Source: Diplonema japonicum (Eukaryota; Protista; Euglenozoa: Diplonemea). From it: a stretch of 64,000 nucleotides of DNA. The stretch covers positions 558,001 to 622,000 of the forward strand of contig OZ025650.1 in assembly GCA_964019335.1 (NCBI GenBank), written 5' to 3'. The notes under the pieces were generated by a model. That model had not been told where the DNA came from and ran no database searches. It saw only the letters and a program-made list of their open reading frames with translations. The translations under genes were made by a program, and so were the position numbers. The stretch's first letter is position 1; the number at the start of each line of letters is the position of its first letter. Positions 33,915 through 44,280 of this stretch are shown piece by piece.

Positions 33915-34985
33915 TGCCCCTAATGCATGCGATGTACAGCTCAACCCCTGCATCACACTGCCTGTTTGTTGCACATATTTCTGTGTTATCCCCACCACCC
34001 AATAATAAAAGAGGTAAAGGAAACCAGTGACAGGGTGCACCTCAGCCGCATTGCATTCCATGTTGTGTCCTTAATACATGTGGTGTGCAGCTCAACCCTA
34101 GCCAGTGCTCTGGGGTGGGTTGTTCTGTTCCCTTCCACCAAACTGAAAAGTCGGAACTTGGCAGAACAGTGGAACCAGAACTTGGTGGAACTGGTGGAAC
34201 TGGCAGAACATGGCAGAACTGGCAGAACATGGTGGAACGTGGTGGAACTGGTGGAACCAGCAGACATGGTGGAACATGGCAGAACTTGGTGGAACAGGGA
34301 ATTCCTTACCTAATTTTCTTTCCCCCCTTTTTTCCTCTTTGCATCATCAAGGTTGAAAGTGGTGACTATATCACCACAACACTGACAGCACAATATTCCA
34401 TGTTGTGTCCTTAATGTGTGCAGTGTGCAGCTCAACACCAGCCATGGCACCCCTGGTAACCAAGATTCTGGGTGTGCATAATTTGCTGCCAATTCATCAC
34501 TCTGCATTATGTTCTCCCACTTGGGCACTCTGCATTATGTTCTCCCACTTGGGCACCAATGATGACTGACGAGGAGGTCAACAGTGAACAACACATCTGA
34601 TGTTTTTTTATGTTATCCCCACCACCTTTGGAATAATATATGAGTTAAAGGAGGCCGGTGTTGGCAGTGCCCTGCACAAGAACTGTCTACTTGATTACAG
34701 GGGGTGCACCACAGCCAGGTTGTAGCTTCTTCTGCATTCTGTGTTGTGTCCTTAATCATTGTGGCTGAGTTGTAGCTTTTTCTGTATTCCATGTGGGTTG
34801 TAGCTTCTTGCATTCTGCATCATTTCCTTAATCACTGTGGCCAGGTTGTAGCTTCTTCTGTGTTCCATGTTGTGTCCTTAATGTGTGTGGTGTACAGCTC
34901 AACACTGCCTGCTAACACATCTGATGTTTTTCTTATATTTTCATGTTATCCCCACCACCTGAAAAAGAAGATAAAAGATTTTTTT
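33915..34985. repeat. Degenerate local repeat family (CATGTTGTGTCCTTAAT...CAGCTCAAC, GTTATCCCCACCACC and GTTGTAGCTT modules) plus a 28-bp tandem duplication at 34501-34556
   Basis: Homologous copies near 33921, 34059, 34399, 34740 and 34866; GTTATCCCCACCACC near 33985, 34612 and 34945. Confidence 0.8.
34150..34300. repeat. 9-10 bp minisatellite (TGGTGGAAC / TGGCAGAAC)
   Basis: About 14 tandem units visible. Confidence 0.9.
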
Positions 34986-35220
34986 TTTTTTTTTTTGTAT
35001 ATTGTGCACCAGGAGGTGCACATTGTGACACCTGCTTTTCCCTGTGCAGCATAGTGGTACATGTTATAAAACACATGCTGTGTTGTGCACCCTGTGTTGC
35101 ATACATCATGTGGAACATCAGGTATGTGAAATATGGTGTGGTCGAAAATTTGTGGTGTTGGGGTGGTTTGTGGGCCAGACCCTCAGACCACCAGTCTGGC
35201 CAACACTGCCCATCCCTTTT

Positions 35221-35253
<33 letters not shown>

Positions 35254-35502
35254 GCATTGTACTTTTCTTGCAAAGGCCTCTTTTTAATATTTTTTTCAAA
35301 GCAGGTCTCCAAACCCCCTGACATTTTTTTTTTTTTTTTTTTACATAGTCACAACAAGGTAGTATGAGCCTTGCTTCACATCCCACCCAAACCTAGGACC
35401 TCTTTTTTTGAACCTTTGAAACCAAAAGTACCAAAAAAATGCAAGCCCCAGCCTAAATTTGGGCCTTTGTGACACAAAAACACAAAGAAATTTTTTGGTC
35501 CC

Positions 35503-35632
35503 AAGAGTCCCCTGAGTCCCCTCCAGACTCCTGAGTCCCTTGAGTCCCTCCAGTCCCCTGAGTCCCCTCCAGACCCCTGAAAATTTCAGGGGACTCCTGT
35601 CCTGTCCCTTGGAGTCCCCTGAGTCCCTCAAG
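35503..35632. repeat. (TGAGTCCCC)-type minisatellite with an embedded palindrome CCCCTGAAA-A-TTTCAGGGG (35574-35592)
   Basis: About 10 degenerate units directly upstream of the first plus-strand gene. Confidence 0.8.
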
Positions 35633-35744
35633 GGTCTGGACCAACACTGTACAGTATGAGAAAGAAGGTGCACACTTGAACTTTTTATTGAAATCCCTTG
35701 TCCTTCTGTTCAACTTTATACATCAGGAAAAACAAGTGGAGCAA

Positions 35745-36545
35745 ATGCCACGTCAGATTATTTGGATCACTGGACACCCCACCTCTGGGAAGACCTTCCA
35801 AGGGGACTACATGGCACAGGAGCTTGGCTTCCACCATGTAGATGGTGACAAGGCCCTGCTGAATGAAGAGACAAAGGCTATTGGAAATGATCTATACAAA
35901 TTCTATTACAACTATGTGTTCAAAGGCATGGAGGCACCAGAGAAGCTGTGGGTGCCATACCATAATCTGATCTGCAGTGAGATATTCAAGGATGCAGAGA
36001 TGATTGGAGAGGACATGGGAATTGTGGTGAGTCTGTCAAACTACTCTCGAAAGGTACGGGAGTACTGCAGAGAGATGATCATGAAACACTTTGGGGACAA
36101 AATTGTCTTCCACTTCATCCACTTGGGTGTCCTACCTGAACAGTTTGCTGAGAGGAACCTTAGGAGGTACAAAGACTACTGCCAAATCCAGGATATAGAG
36201 CTTCATAAATTCTGGGAAGAGACTTTGAAGAAAGGGCCATACACAACCGAAGAGGCTGCACTTAGAACCTTGATGGAAGATCCCATGCTAAAAGGGTATG
36301 ATGCCTTCTGTGAGGAGACTGACAGGAATGATCTGTTTATTCCCACAGGGGCAGACCACTCTGGGGTTGTAGCGAAAATACACTCAGTGGTGGGAGCACC
36401 ACCGCCTCTTTTGAAAAAGGTCACAGATCCTGACTTCATCAAGGCCATAGCCAAGATCCAACATGACAGGGTTGCAGCTGCCAAGGAGTTCCTTGCAAAG
36501 AAGCTTGATGAACGTGTAGCATCTCAGGTAGAGAAGGAGAGTTGA
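35745..36545 (+). CDS. P-loop small-molecule kinase (gluconate/shikimate kinase-like)
   Basis: IWITGHPTSGKT..GDYMAQELGFHHVDGD; start MPRQ at 35745. Confidence 0.75.
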   Translation: MPRQIIWITGHPTSGKTFQGDYMAQELGFHHVDGDKALLNEETKAIGNDLYKFYYNYVFKGMEAPEKLWVPYHNLICSEIFKDAEMIGEDMGIVVSLSNYSRKVREYCREMIMKHFGDKIVFHFIHLGVLPEQFAERNLRRYKDYCQIQDIELHKFWEETLKKGPYTTEEAALRTLMEDPMLKGYDAFCEETDRNDLFIPTGADHSGVVAKIHSVVGAPPPLLKKVTDPDFIKAIAKIQHDRVAAAKEFLAKKLDERVASQVEKES

Positions 36546-36799
36546 AGATACCAACTATTCTTCCCATTGCATTCTTTTTCTTTCTTGTAAAAACCCCTTC
36601 TCCAAGACACAACACTCACGAAGAAAAACACTCTCAAACTAACCAAATGGGGACACCTTATTATTATTGATCACAACTGAGAAAATAAGGATGTTAATTT
36701 TCGTGGACCGTTTTTTATTTTTTAACATGGGTCGTTTTTACCTTTTATTCCCTCCACTCTTTTGTTCTAGGAGCACATCACCACCACAGGATCGGGTCA

Positions 36800-39700
36800 A
36801 TGATAGCTGAACAAGCAGCCGATCCACTCCAAAGGAGAAAAATAAAGCATGATGGTGCCTTGTCCGAATGCGACCACAAAATAAGGAAACACAGCATTGA
36901 ATGCGAAGGGATCATACTTGAGCTATGTGGAGCACTGAAGAGAGAATTAGTCCTATCAGCTAGCAGGACGGAGCACCATGCCGCCACAGAGTATGAAAGG
37001 GTCAAGAAGAGTATTGATGGCGGATTGCTGTTCAGGGGGCAGATGGATTGCAAGGTTAGTGACACAAACGGGAGGCCTCGGCGCTGCAAGATACTATCCG
37101 TGAAGCACAAAATGTTTGAGATCTTGGTGCATGTTACATCAACTGTGCGGGCACGGCTCTCAGCTTTGTCTGACTTTCTTGCAGAGATGCGTGAATTGAA
37201 TCTGCAGTGGAAATATCATATTGAGAGCAGCTTGTGGACAATGCTGGAAACACTGAACAGCATAGCCTGGGCCGATGATGAGAAGTGCTGGACTATCATA
37301 CAAAACAAAGAGGCTGATATCAATATCAGCATTGTGGCGAACATTAAGACGATCACCGACCTTGTGGGGAAACTTCATAACCGGGAGGTTGCACTCCAAC
37401 AGCAGCTGCTCCTTGACTTTTCTAAAAACTGGGGAGAAGTCCTCGAGAAGATGTCGAAGTCTTGTCTCACTTGGCTAGAAAACAGGTACGTCTCGGCAAC
37501 GTACTCAGATCCGCACGAAAGAAGAGATTTAATCGCTTCGTACATGGAACAGCTTGTGGGCGACGTGGCGAATGAAGCACCACAAAACAGCACCTCATGG
37601 CAGCAACCGCAGGCTAGGGGGTTTTGCAAGGCGTGGGAAGGAAATGTTCAATCGATGCTGAATCTGGTATTATCTCTGTCAAGTGAAGTGAGCACTGATG
37701 CGAAGTGGCCCGTCCCGGGGGGGACGCGGAGTTGGCTAGTCTCGTGGAAGCCTCATGAAAACGTGACGATCGATTCCCTTCAACTTGGGAAGGTAGTTAA
37801 CACGGAACAGACAGTTTCACTCGGAAGCAAAGTAGAGGAATGGCGTACATCGGCACATGTGTTTAGCTCGAGACTTGTCTCACTGCAGGCGGACTACCTT
37901 ACTCGCGCCATACTTAACGAAAAAGACCTCAATGCAAAAGCAACAATGGATTGCACAATCCTGGTCTCTGATCTGAAAGCTATTCTCCTTGACAACATCA
38001 CCTTTCCCTGCCCACCGCCCCTTTCGCCAGAAGATGCAATAGAACTCGTAGACAGCATGGATACTAAGGTTTTACTGAAGCCTTCTGAAGATAATATGGG
38101 TCTTTTTTATGTTTCCGGTGAGCAAAACGCACAATTGGTGTCTGTGCACTTGACAACCGAAACTGTACCTTGGGGCAGCATAAAATGCCTCCAATGCACC
38201 ATCGTTTCTGAAAAAGGAACTCAGCTTGTACAGCACAAATTCCTCCACTCTGACAACAGCCCACAGCTAGCTACGTCCGTGCAAATGAAGCTGCACCGGG
38301 TGCTGGACTTCCATGCCGTTGAACACAACTTCGAGAATGAAGCACTGCTTGAAAACCACAAAGAGGAGTGTGATACCATGATTTCAGAAATAGTTGCTCT
38401 TCAAAACCACCTGCACGATTGGATCTTCAGCACGAGTGACGGACCCGAAGCCCAACCAGATGTCCCCTGGGCCCAGTGCGTTCTTCGTGCACAAGAAATA
38501 TCTGGTCCTAAGTTAGAAACACTTAAGGAGGAGAGCAGTGTCTTCTTGTCCTACTTCCAATACACAATGCGGACCTTGACGTGGATGTTCGATGCGACCG
38601 TCCTTTCCAACCCTCGCGGTTTGATCCCAAACCTCAGTGGTGCAGAGATCTTCTTACTGAAAACGAGCGCTGAATTTTCTGGAGTACTGAAAACACACGA
38701 AGAAGACTTCATGATACTGCACCTGGACTACGTTGACGTGGATGCTAGATACGAGAGCAGGTTTAAAGCACTGCTCAAGAAGATGTGCGAAAGTCCTGAC
38801 AAGGCACAAACGACAGAGCACTTCCGAGAAGCTGTGACGGTGCTTTATGATATCGAAACAGCTTATTCCGAAGTCAAGACCAACAAGGAAGCATGCCTCG
38901 AAACCCTGCAGGAGAACGTTGCTACCTTATCTAATGTTTTGTTGCAAGAACTCTGCGATCAACTTCGAATGTCCAGTGAAGAATCTGATCACGAGACGCT
39001 TTCAATAGAAAACCACACTTTCTACCTCCTCGAGCAGCCCGCAGCCGTGCTGCTTGGTGAGAAGGACAACTCTCGTTCAAGTGCAGTTCCAAGACCGGAA
39101 AGCCCAACGCACCAAGAAAAGCAAACCGAACAAGCCCCTCCTGTGCAAGAGCCAGATACGAAAAAAGGCAAAAAAAAAAATAGAGGTACTATTGTTGCGG
39201 AAGAATTTGTGGTGAAAGAGTCCACTGAGTCGCAGGAGCTGAAGGAGATGAGGCAACGTATCTCAGCACATCTGCGGAGCATGAACCGTGACTTGTTCCT
39301 GCTCGAGAACTCAAAGAACGTGATCCTGATGAACCTGAGGGAACAGCTAGTCCGGTGGTTTCTGAGGTACGCGCAGAGAGTGAAAGACGCTGCAGAAGCG
39401 CACAAGAGCGAGACAACAGTGCAGCTCGAGTCATGGCTAAATGAGAAACTCCGTCAGCACCAAAGAAGAGTGCCGTCCCTTGCCAGCAAGGAGTACGACG
39501 GCAGGATACGCGAACTTGTTGAAACAGATGAAATGAAACAACGTGAGTTCACATGGATCGGCCAAAGGTTTGCGCAGTCTATTGATATTGTTAAGATAGA
39601 AATGCAGAACCAGCAGTCTGGTTTTGTAAAAGACATACAAAACCTTGCCTCAAGGAGGAGCCAGTTGCCTTCCCTGGTTAATACAGCTGCTTTGAGTGCG

Positions 39701-41771
39701 CACAAAAAATCGACCGAGAGCGAACATCAAGCGTTAAAGGAAAAGACCGTTGCCGAGAAACAAAAAGTCATCCAAATGTTTGAGCAAGCTAAGAAAACGA
39801 TGGCAAGGGAGGGGAGACGATACCTCGAGGAACACTGCAAGACATTCGCTGAAGGCGGTCTGATGAGCAAGGCGGAAGTCGAAACGAACACGGAAGCAAT
39901 ATCAGACATGAGTACTCAAGCGCAAAAAACGACAGCAAAGCTGGAGGAAGAGTTGAAATCCATGGTAACGAAGCAGGAAGCGGAGCTGTCGAATGAAATG
40001 GACACCTACACCGTTATGTACAAGCACAGCACTGATGACATGAATTTCATAAAATGGCAGAATGAGGCATTTGTAGTGATTAAAGGCAAGATGAGCATCA
40101 TCATATCTTCGTCCCTTGAGGCTGAACGAAAACTGGAAGTCGAAGTCTCCCTTCTAGAAGAAATGGTTAGAACGTTGACAACGAGACACGCCAGTGGCAG
40201 GGGGAAAGGCGTGCATGAGGAGGGTGCTGCTGACACCTTGGAAATAGGTGCGGACATCGATCGCGTGGTAACAAACATATTGAGGAAAGCAAAGTTAGAA
40301 AGAGGGCCAAAGCTCAAGAACATCCCTGCATACCGCGCACTCCATTTAGTCAACACGTTGACGAAGCTCATGTACAGCAGAGGGCTATTCTTGGGGTGCC
40401 TTGTAAAACAGTTGATATTTCAGAACGTCCTCCCTCAACACTACTTTGCCGAACCAACAAGTACAGCGCACAGCGACGAGAAAGAGGACTGGGACAGCTT
40501 TACAAAGATCGAACCTGTGTTGAAAACAGCTGAAAAGCTTATTTCCGAGTTTTGGGTAGAAGGGGACAAGGTTGTTTCTCAGTACTACAAATCACTAAAC
40601 GGGAGAGATGTGACGCGGGAGGAGCAGATCTCAAGTACTGAAGAGAAGCACAAAGAGCACCTAACCTCCAGGCTGGAGGAGATCAAAGGGTTACTCACGA
40701 CACACTTGGCTGCCTCTACGCCAGAGTATAAAAGACAAGTGATACGTGTGTCTCTGGCATTACCGAGACTGCCCAACGAAGTATTCACAACGCTGCACAA
40801 CAATGCTTTCACAATGCTCGATGACACAGTGAATGCTTGTAGAAGAGTTTTCGAAGAGATGTACGCTGCCGCACAGCAGAGGCGAAAGGAACACGGGAAT
40901 AGGGTAAAGGGGTCTATGGTTAATCCAAGCAACAGGGACTTCATTGAGAAGACCGATGCTGCAGAGCAGCAGCGACATGACTTCACTGAGAATCTGTTGC
41001 AACAGTTTCAAGGAATTCTTCTGCGGGAAGAGAGTAACATCTACAACATCTTCACGCAACAAGCGAGCCAAGCTGCAGCGACACTCTTTAAGCTGCTAGC
41101 GCCCCTTGTCACTCCCAACATGATCGTGACAGGCAGCGACGTTATGGTCGGCAACCACCGCTCCCTCAAGCGGCTCCGCATTGCCAAACAGCGCAAGGAA
41201 TCACAGCAACAACAACAACAACAGCAGCAAGGACTGACGCGCAAGAAATCAGATACTAAGAATCAAAAAACTGCCAAGCCACCACCGAAGAAAGATGCTG
41301 CAAAGGCAGCCCCCTTGGCTGATGGCAAGCAGATGATACTGTATCCAGGCCTCATTTACACAACCAGACTCCCCTTCCAAGAGTACAGTGACGCCAATCC
41401 ACAAGTTGTCATCAAAGATCATCTTGGCGAGCTCAAACCGGTGGAAGAGGTGAAAAAGACAAATTCTAAGGTTTGTTACTCCTTTATAGTTTACTAACAC
41501 AATGCAGAGTATGCTTAAGAAGGCACCTAAACAAGATGCCAACCCTGTTGAAGAAGTTGAACCGCAGCAAACGGTGGCTCTCGAGGGACCCGATGAGGCA
41601 ATCTTTGCGACAGTTGCCCAGCAACGCATGCAGAACTACCATGCATTCCTCAAGCACTATGAGGAACACATTGATGGCTTAAACAAGATGTTTGAGGAGA
41701 TGAAGGCAGGCGAGGAAAAATGGTTTAAGAACTGGGAAGAGTTCATCGAGTCTGTGATGCCGAGGAGCTAG
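36800..41771 (+). CDS. Large coiled-coil protein, CCDC180-like (DUF4455/DUF4456; cilium-associated family)
   Basis: 1565-aa ORF plus the 37-nt intron 41471-41507 leading to a last exon ending EEKWFKNWEEFIESV; HGNRVKGSMVNPSN...EQQR resembles DUF4456. Confidence 0.65.
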
Positions 41772-41850
41772 TGATGTATATACATTTAGTTTAGGTGCTA
41801 TTGTTTCTTTTTCTTTTTTCGTTGTTATGGTATTTTATTTCAGGATTTAA

Positions 41851-42352
41851 ATGCGGTTGCTCAGTGTGCAATGGGTGGTGTTGGTGATGCTTTGGCTCCT
41901 TGGAGTGGCTGCCTTCACTTATGGGTCCCTGAGCCCTTGGTGCATCCACTTGAGGCATGTCCCTGACTTTGAGGACTTTTGGAACAGATATGCGCACCGT
42001 GGGTTCTACGGTGTGCGCGACCTTGCCACCTACCAGGCACTGCTTGTCATCGTTGCCTTGTGGTCTGCTGCAGGGGCTTGTGGTATTCAGACTTCGCACA
42101 TTTCCGGCGTGAGGGACACAAGCATCCCTCTGGCAAAGAGCCGCTTCCCGTTTGTTGTAGTTGCTATACCCGCGGTCGCCCTCACATTCGCCGCCCTGCC
42201 TATTGATTCTGAGGACCCGTTTTTTGAGATTGGATGGGGTCCCAGGACTGTCTTGGTATGTTATATTCTAAATTTAACACATGCAGATTCTGCTAACGTA
42301 CTTCATGCTTCCCTTTATGCGTCCTGAACCTGTCAAGGTAAAGTCCCATTAA
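41851..42352 (+). CDS. Small multi-pass membrane protein ending KVKSH (possible ER-retrieval signal)
   Basis: Four hydrophobic segments; 31-nt intron 42256-42286. Confidence 0.65.
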
Positions 42353-42454
42353 GCGGCTAGCTGTCGGCTGCTGTTGTAATCATAGTCTATAGAAGTTTAT
42401 GTGTTATATCACGATCTACTAATACCCAGTTTCCACAGATAGAGAATATCCAAA

Positions 42455-43384
42455 ATGCCACAGAGCGCCCTTCAGAGTTTCCTTGCAGGTGGTGCAGGTG
42501 GTGTATGCCTTGTGGCTGTGGGCCACCCCCTAGACACTGTAAAAGTTAAGCTGCAAACATCGACTGAGTTCAGCGGCACTGCGGACTGTATCAAGAAAAC
42601 TGTCGCAAAAGATGGTTTCAAGGGTCTGTACAGGGGTATGGCCGCACCTCTGTATGGTGTGACCCCCATGTACGCACTGTGCTTCATGGGTTACGGAACG
42701 GGTAAGACCATCTTCTGCGACGAAGATGCATTTGATAAGTTGAAGCTGCATCAGATTGCTATGGCGGGTGCCTTCTCCGCAATCTACACCACACCCATCC
42801 TGGCCCCTGGCGAGAGATTGAAGTGCATGCTTCAAATTCAGACGGAGGGGAACACAAAATTCAAGGGACCCAGCGACCTGGGTAAGCATCTTTGGAAGGA
42901 GTCGGGCGGTGGTATCGCTGGTCTGAGGACAATCAACAGAGGTTTCTGTGCTACTCTTACACGTGACTCTGTTGCATCTGCTTTCTACTTCTCTTCGTAC
43001 GAATACCTCAAAAAGCTGGCGACACCTGAGGGGGAGAAGTCCCCGGGGTCTCTAAGCACCTTGGTGTGTGGTGGTACGGCGGGTATATTCAACTGGGCGT
43101 TCGCGATCCCTTTCGACAACCTGAAGTCCAAGCTCCAGACGGACCCGAACACTTTTGAGAAGTACCCCAACGGCATGAGATCTGTCGCTGCTGAGATGTA
43201 CAGGCAGCAAGGCTTCGGTGCAGTTTCTGCGATGTACAGGTATGATAACAGCTTTGATACTTTAAACTTACAACACATCAGGGGCTTCTCTGCCGTCATG
43301 CTGCGTGCCTTCCCCGCGAACGCGGCGTGCTTCTTGGGCTATGAAACAGCTGTGAAATTCCTCGATGGGATTGGCATCCACTAG
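42455..43384 (+). CDS. Mitochondrial carnitine/acylcarnitine carrier (SLC25A20-like)
   Basis: GHPLDTVKVKLQT, GLYRGMAAPL.GVTP, APGERLKC.LQ, RAFPANAACFLGYE; in-frame 42-nt intron 43240-43281. Confidence 0.92.
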   Translation: MPQSALQSFLAGGAGGVCLVAVGHPLDTVKVKLQTSTEFSGTADCIKKTVAKDGFKGLYRGMAAPLYGVTPMYALCFMGYGTGKTIFCDEDAFDKLKLHQIAMAGAFSAIYTTPILAPGERLKCMLQIQTEGNTKFKGPSDLGKHLWKESGGGIAGLRTINRGFCATLTRDSVASAFYFSSYEYLKKLATPEGEKSPGSLSTLVCGGTAGIFNWAFAIPFDNLKSKLQTDPNTFEKYPNGMRSVAAEMYRQQGFGAVSAMYRYDNSFDTLNLQHIRGFSAVMLRAFPANAACFLGYETAVKFLDGIGIH

Positions 43385-43778
43385 AACTGATGATAATAAT
43401 AATAAAATATTTCGTAATATAGTTCGTTGACTGCATTCCTCCTCCTCTTCTCTTTCGCTTCACTTTCTTTTCTTTTTCCTTCGCGTGTGCTTTGCGTTCA
43501 AGCGGTGTGCTGCAGTTAACTGATAGTGCGTTTAGGTTGGGGCTCGAGACAACAGAAGTATCAGGCCAGAGGATCCAGTAATAAGGGGCCACACCAGCCT
43601 TCGTATTACCTATGTTTCATGGAATGGTGACAGATGCGACATTGATTTTGCCCAAGGAGAACACTAATGTTTTTCACTTCCCACGAGAAATCTTTGAACC
43701 TCCTCTCGTAACTTGTTGCCCTATTTATATATATTCATACAATGTTTTTCATATTACTGTTCATTCAGGAGGGTTGGG

Positions 43779-44213
43779 ATGTCGAAAGTGAGTGCCGTGT
43801 TGAAGGGGTTGGTGCAGAGAGGCAAGATCGGTGCGAAAAGGACATCAAAGAAACGCAAAGCCGATCAAGATGTGAAGCCAGTTGGCGCAAAGAAAAGCAA
43901 AAAGCAAAAGGTGCAGAAAACGAGTGACATCGAGGATCACGACAGCGATGCTGACGACACTCCCACTAACGCAGACGAGACATTGGAACTTCTTAAGAAA
44001 CTGCCTAAGAGTATGCTGAAACACGCTGATCCTAAATGGCTGGTGAGAATGCGCGAGAAAGTGGCTGAACCTTCTCAGCTAGACGTATCGGAGGGCGAGG
44101 ACAGTGCCGAGAAGGACGAGGAACTGGTGTTCGATGAGAGCGAAGACGACACAACAACCGCAAAGAAGAGCAAGAAAACCAAAACAAAAAAAATAAAAGG
44201 AATATCGAATTAA
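43779..44213 (+). CDS. Small Lys-rich/acidic hypothetical nuclear protein
   Basis: Start MSKVSAV; NLS-like basic runs. Confidence 0.65.
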   Translation: MSKVSAVLKGLVQRGKIGAKRTSKKRKADQDVKPVGAKKSKKQKVQKTSDIEDHDSDADDTPTNADETLELLKKLPKSMLKHADPKWLVRMREKVAEPSQLDVSEGEDSAEKDEELVFDESEDDTTTAKKSKKTKTKKIKGISN

Positions 44214-44280
44214 GCCAAGCTATCTATTATCGTCAGTTACTACACTTTTTAACTGCGTGCCTACACTCACCACAGGAAAC

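Larger units (their letters stand above)
31141..35744. promoter_or_regulatory. Divergent strand-switch region between two unidirectional gene clusters; strongly CpG-depleted
   Basis: All genes to the left are on minus and all to the right on plus. No credible intact CDS. About 10 CG dinucleotides in 31.7-35.7 kb by manual count. Confidence 0.75.

Noticed and set aside
34150-34300. Short repeats that could suggest a CRISPR array
   Set aside because: Contiguous 9-10 bp units with no unique spacers, in a eukaryotic context with no cas genes.
31171-35713. ORF-track ORFs in the strand-switch region
   Set aside because: Low-complexity Phe/Lys-rich or repeat-derived translations with no motifs.
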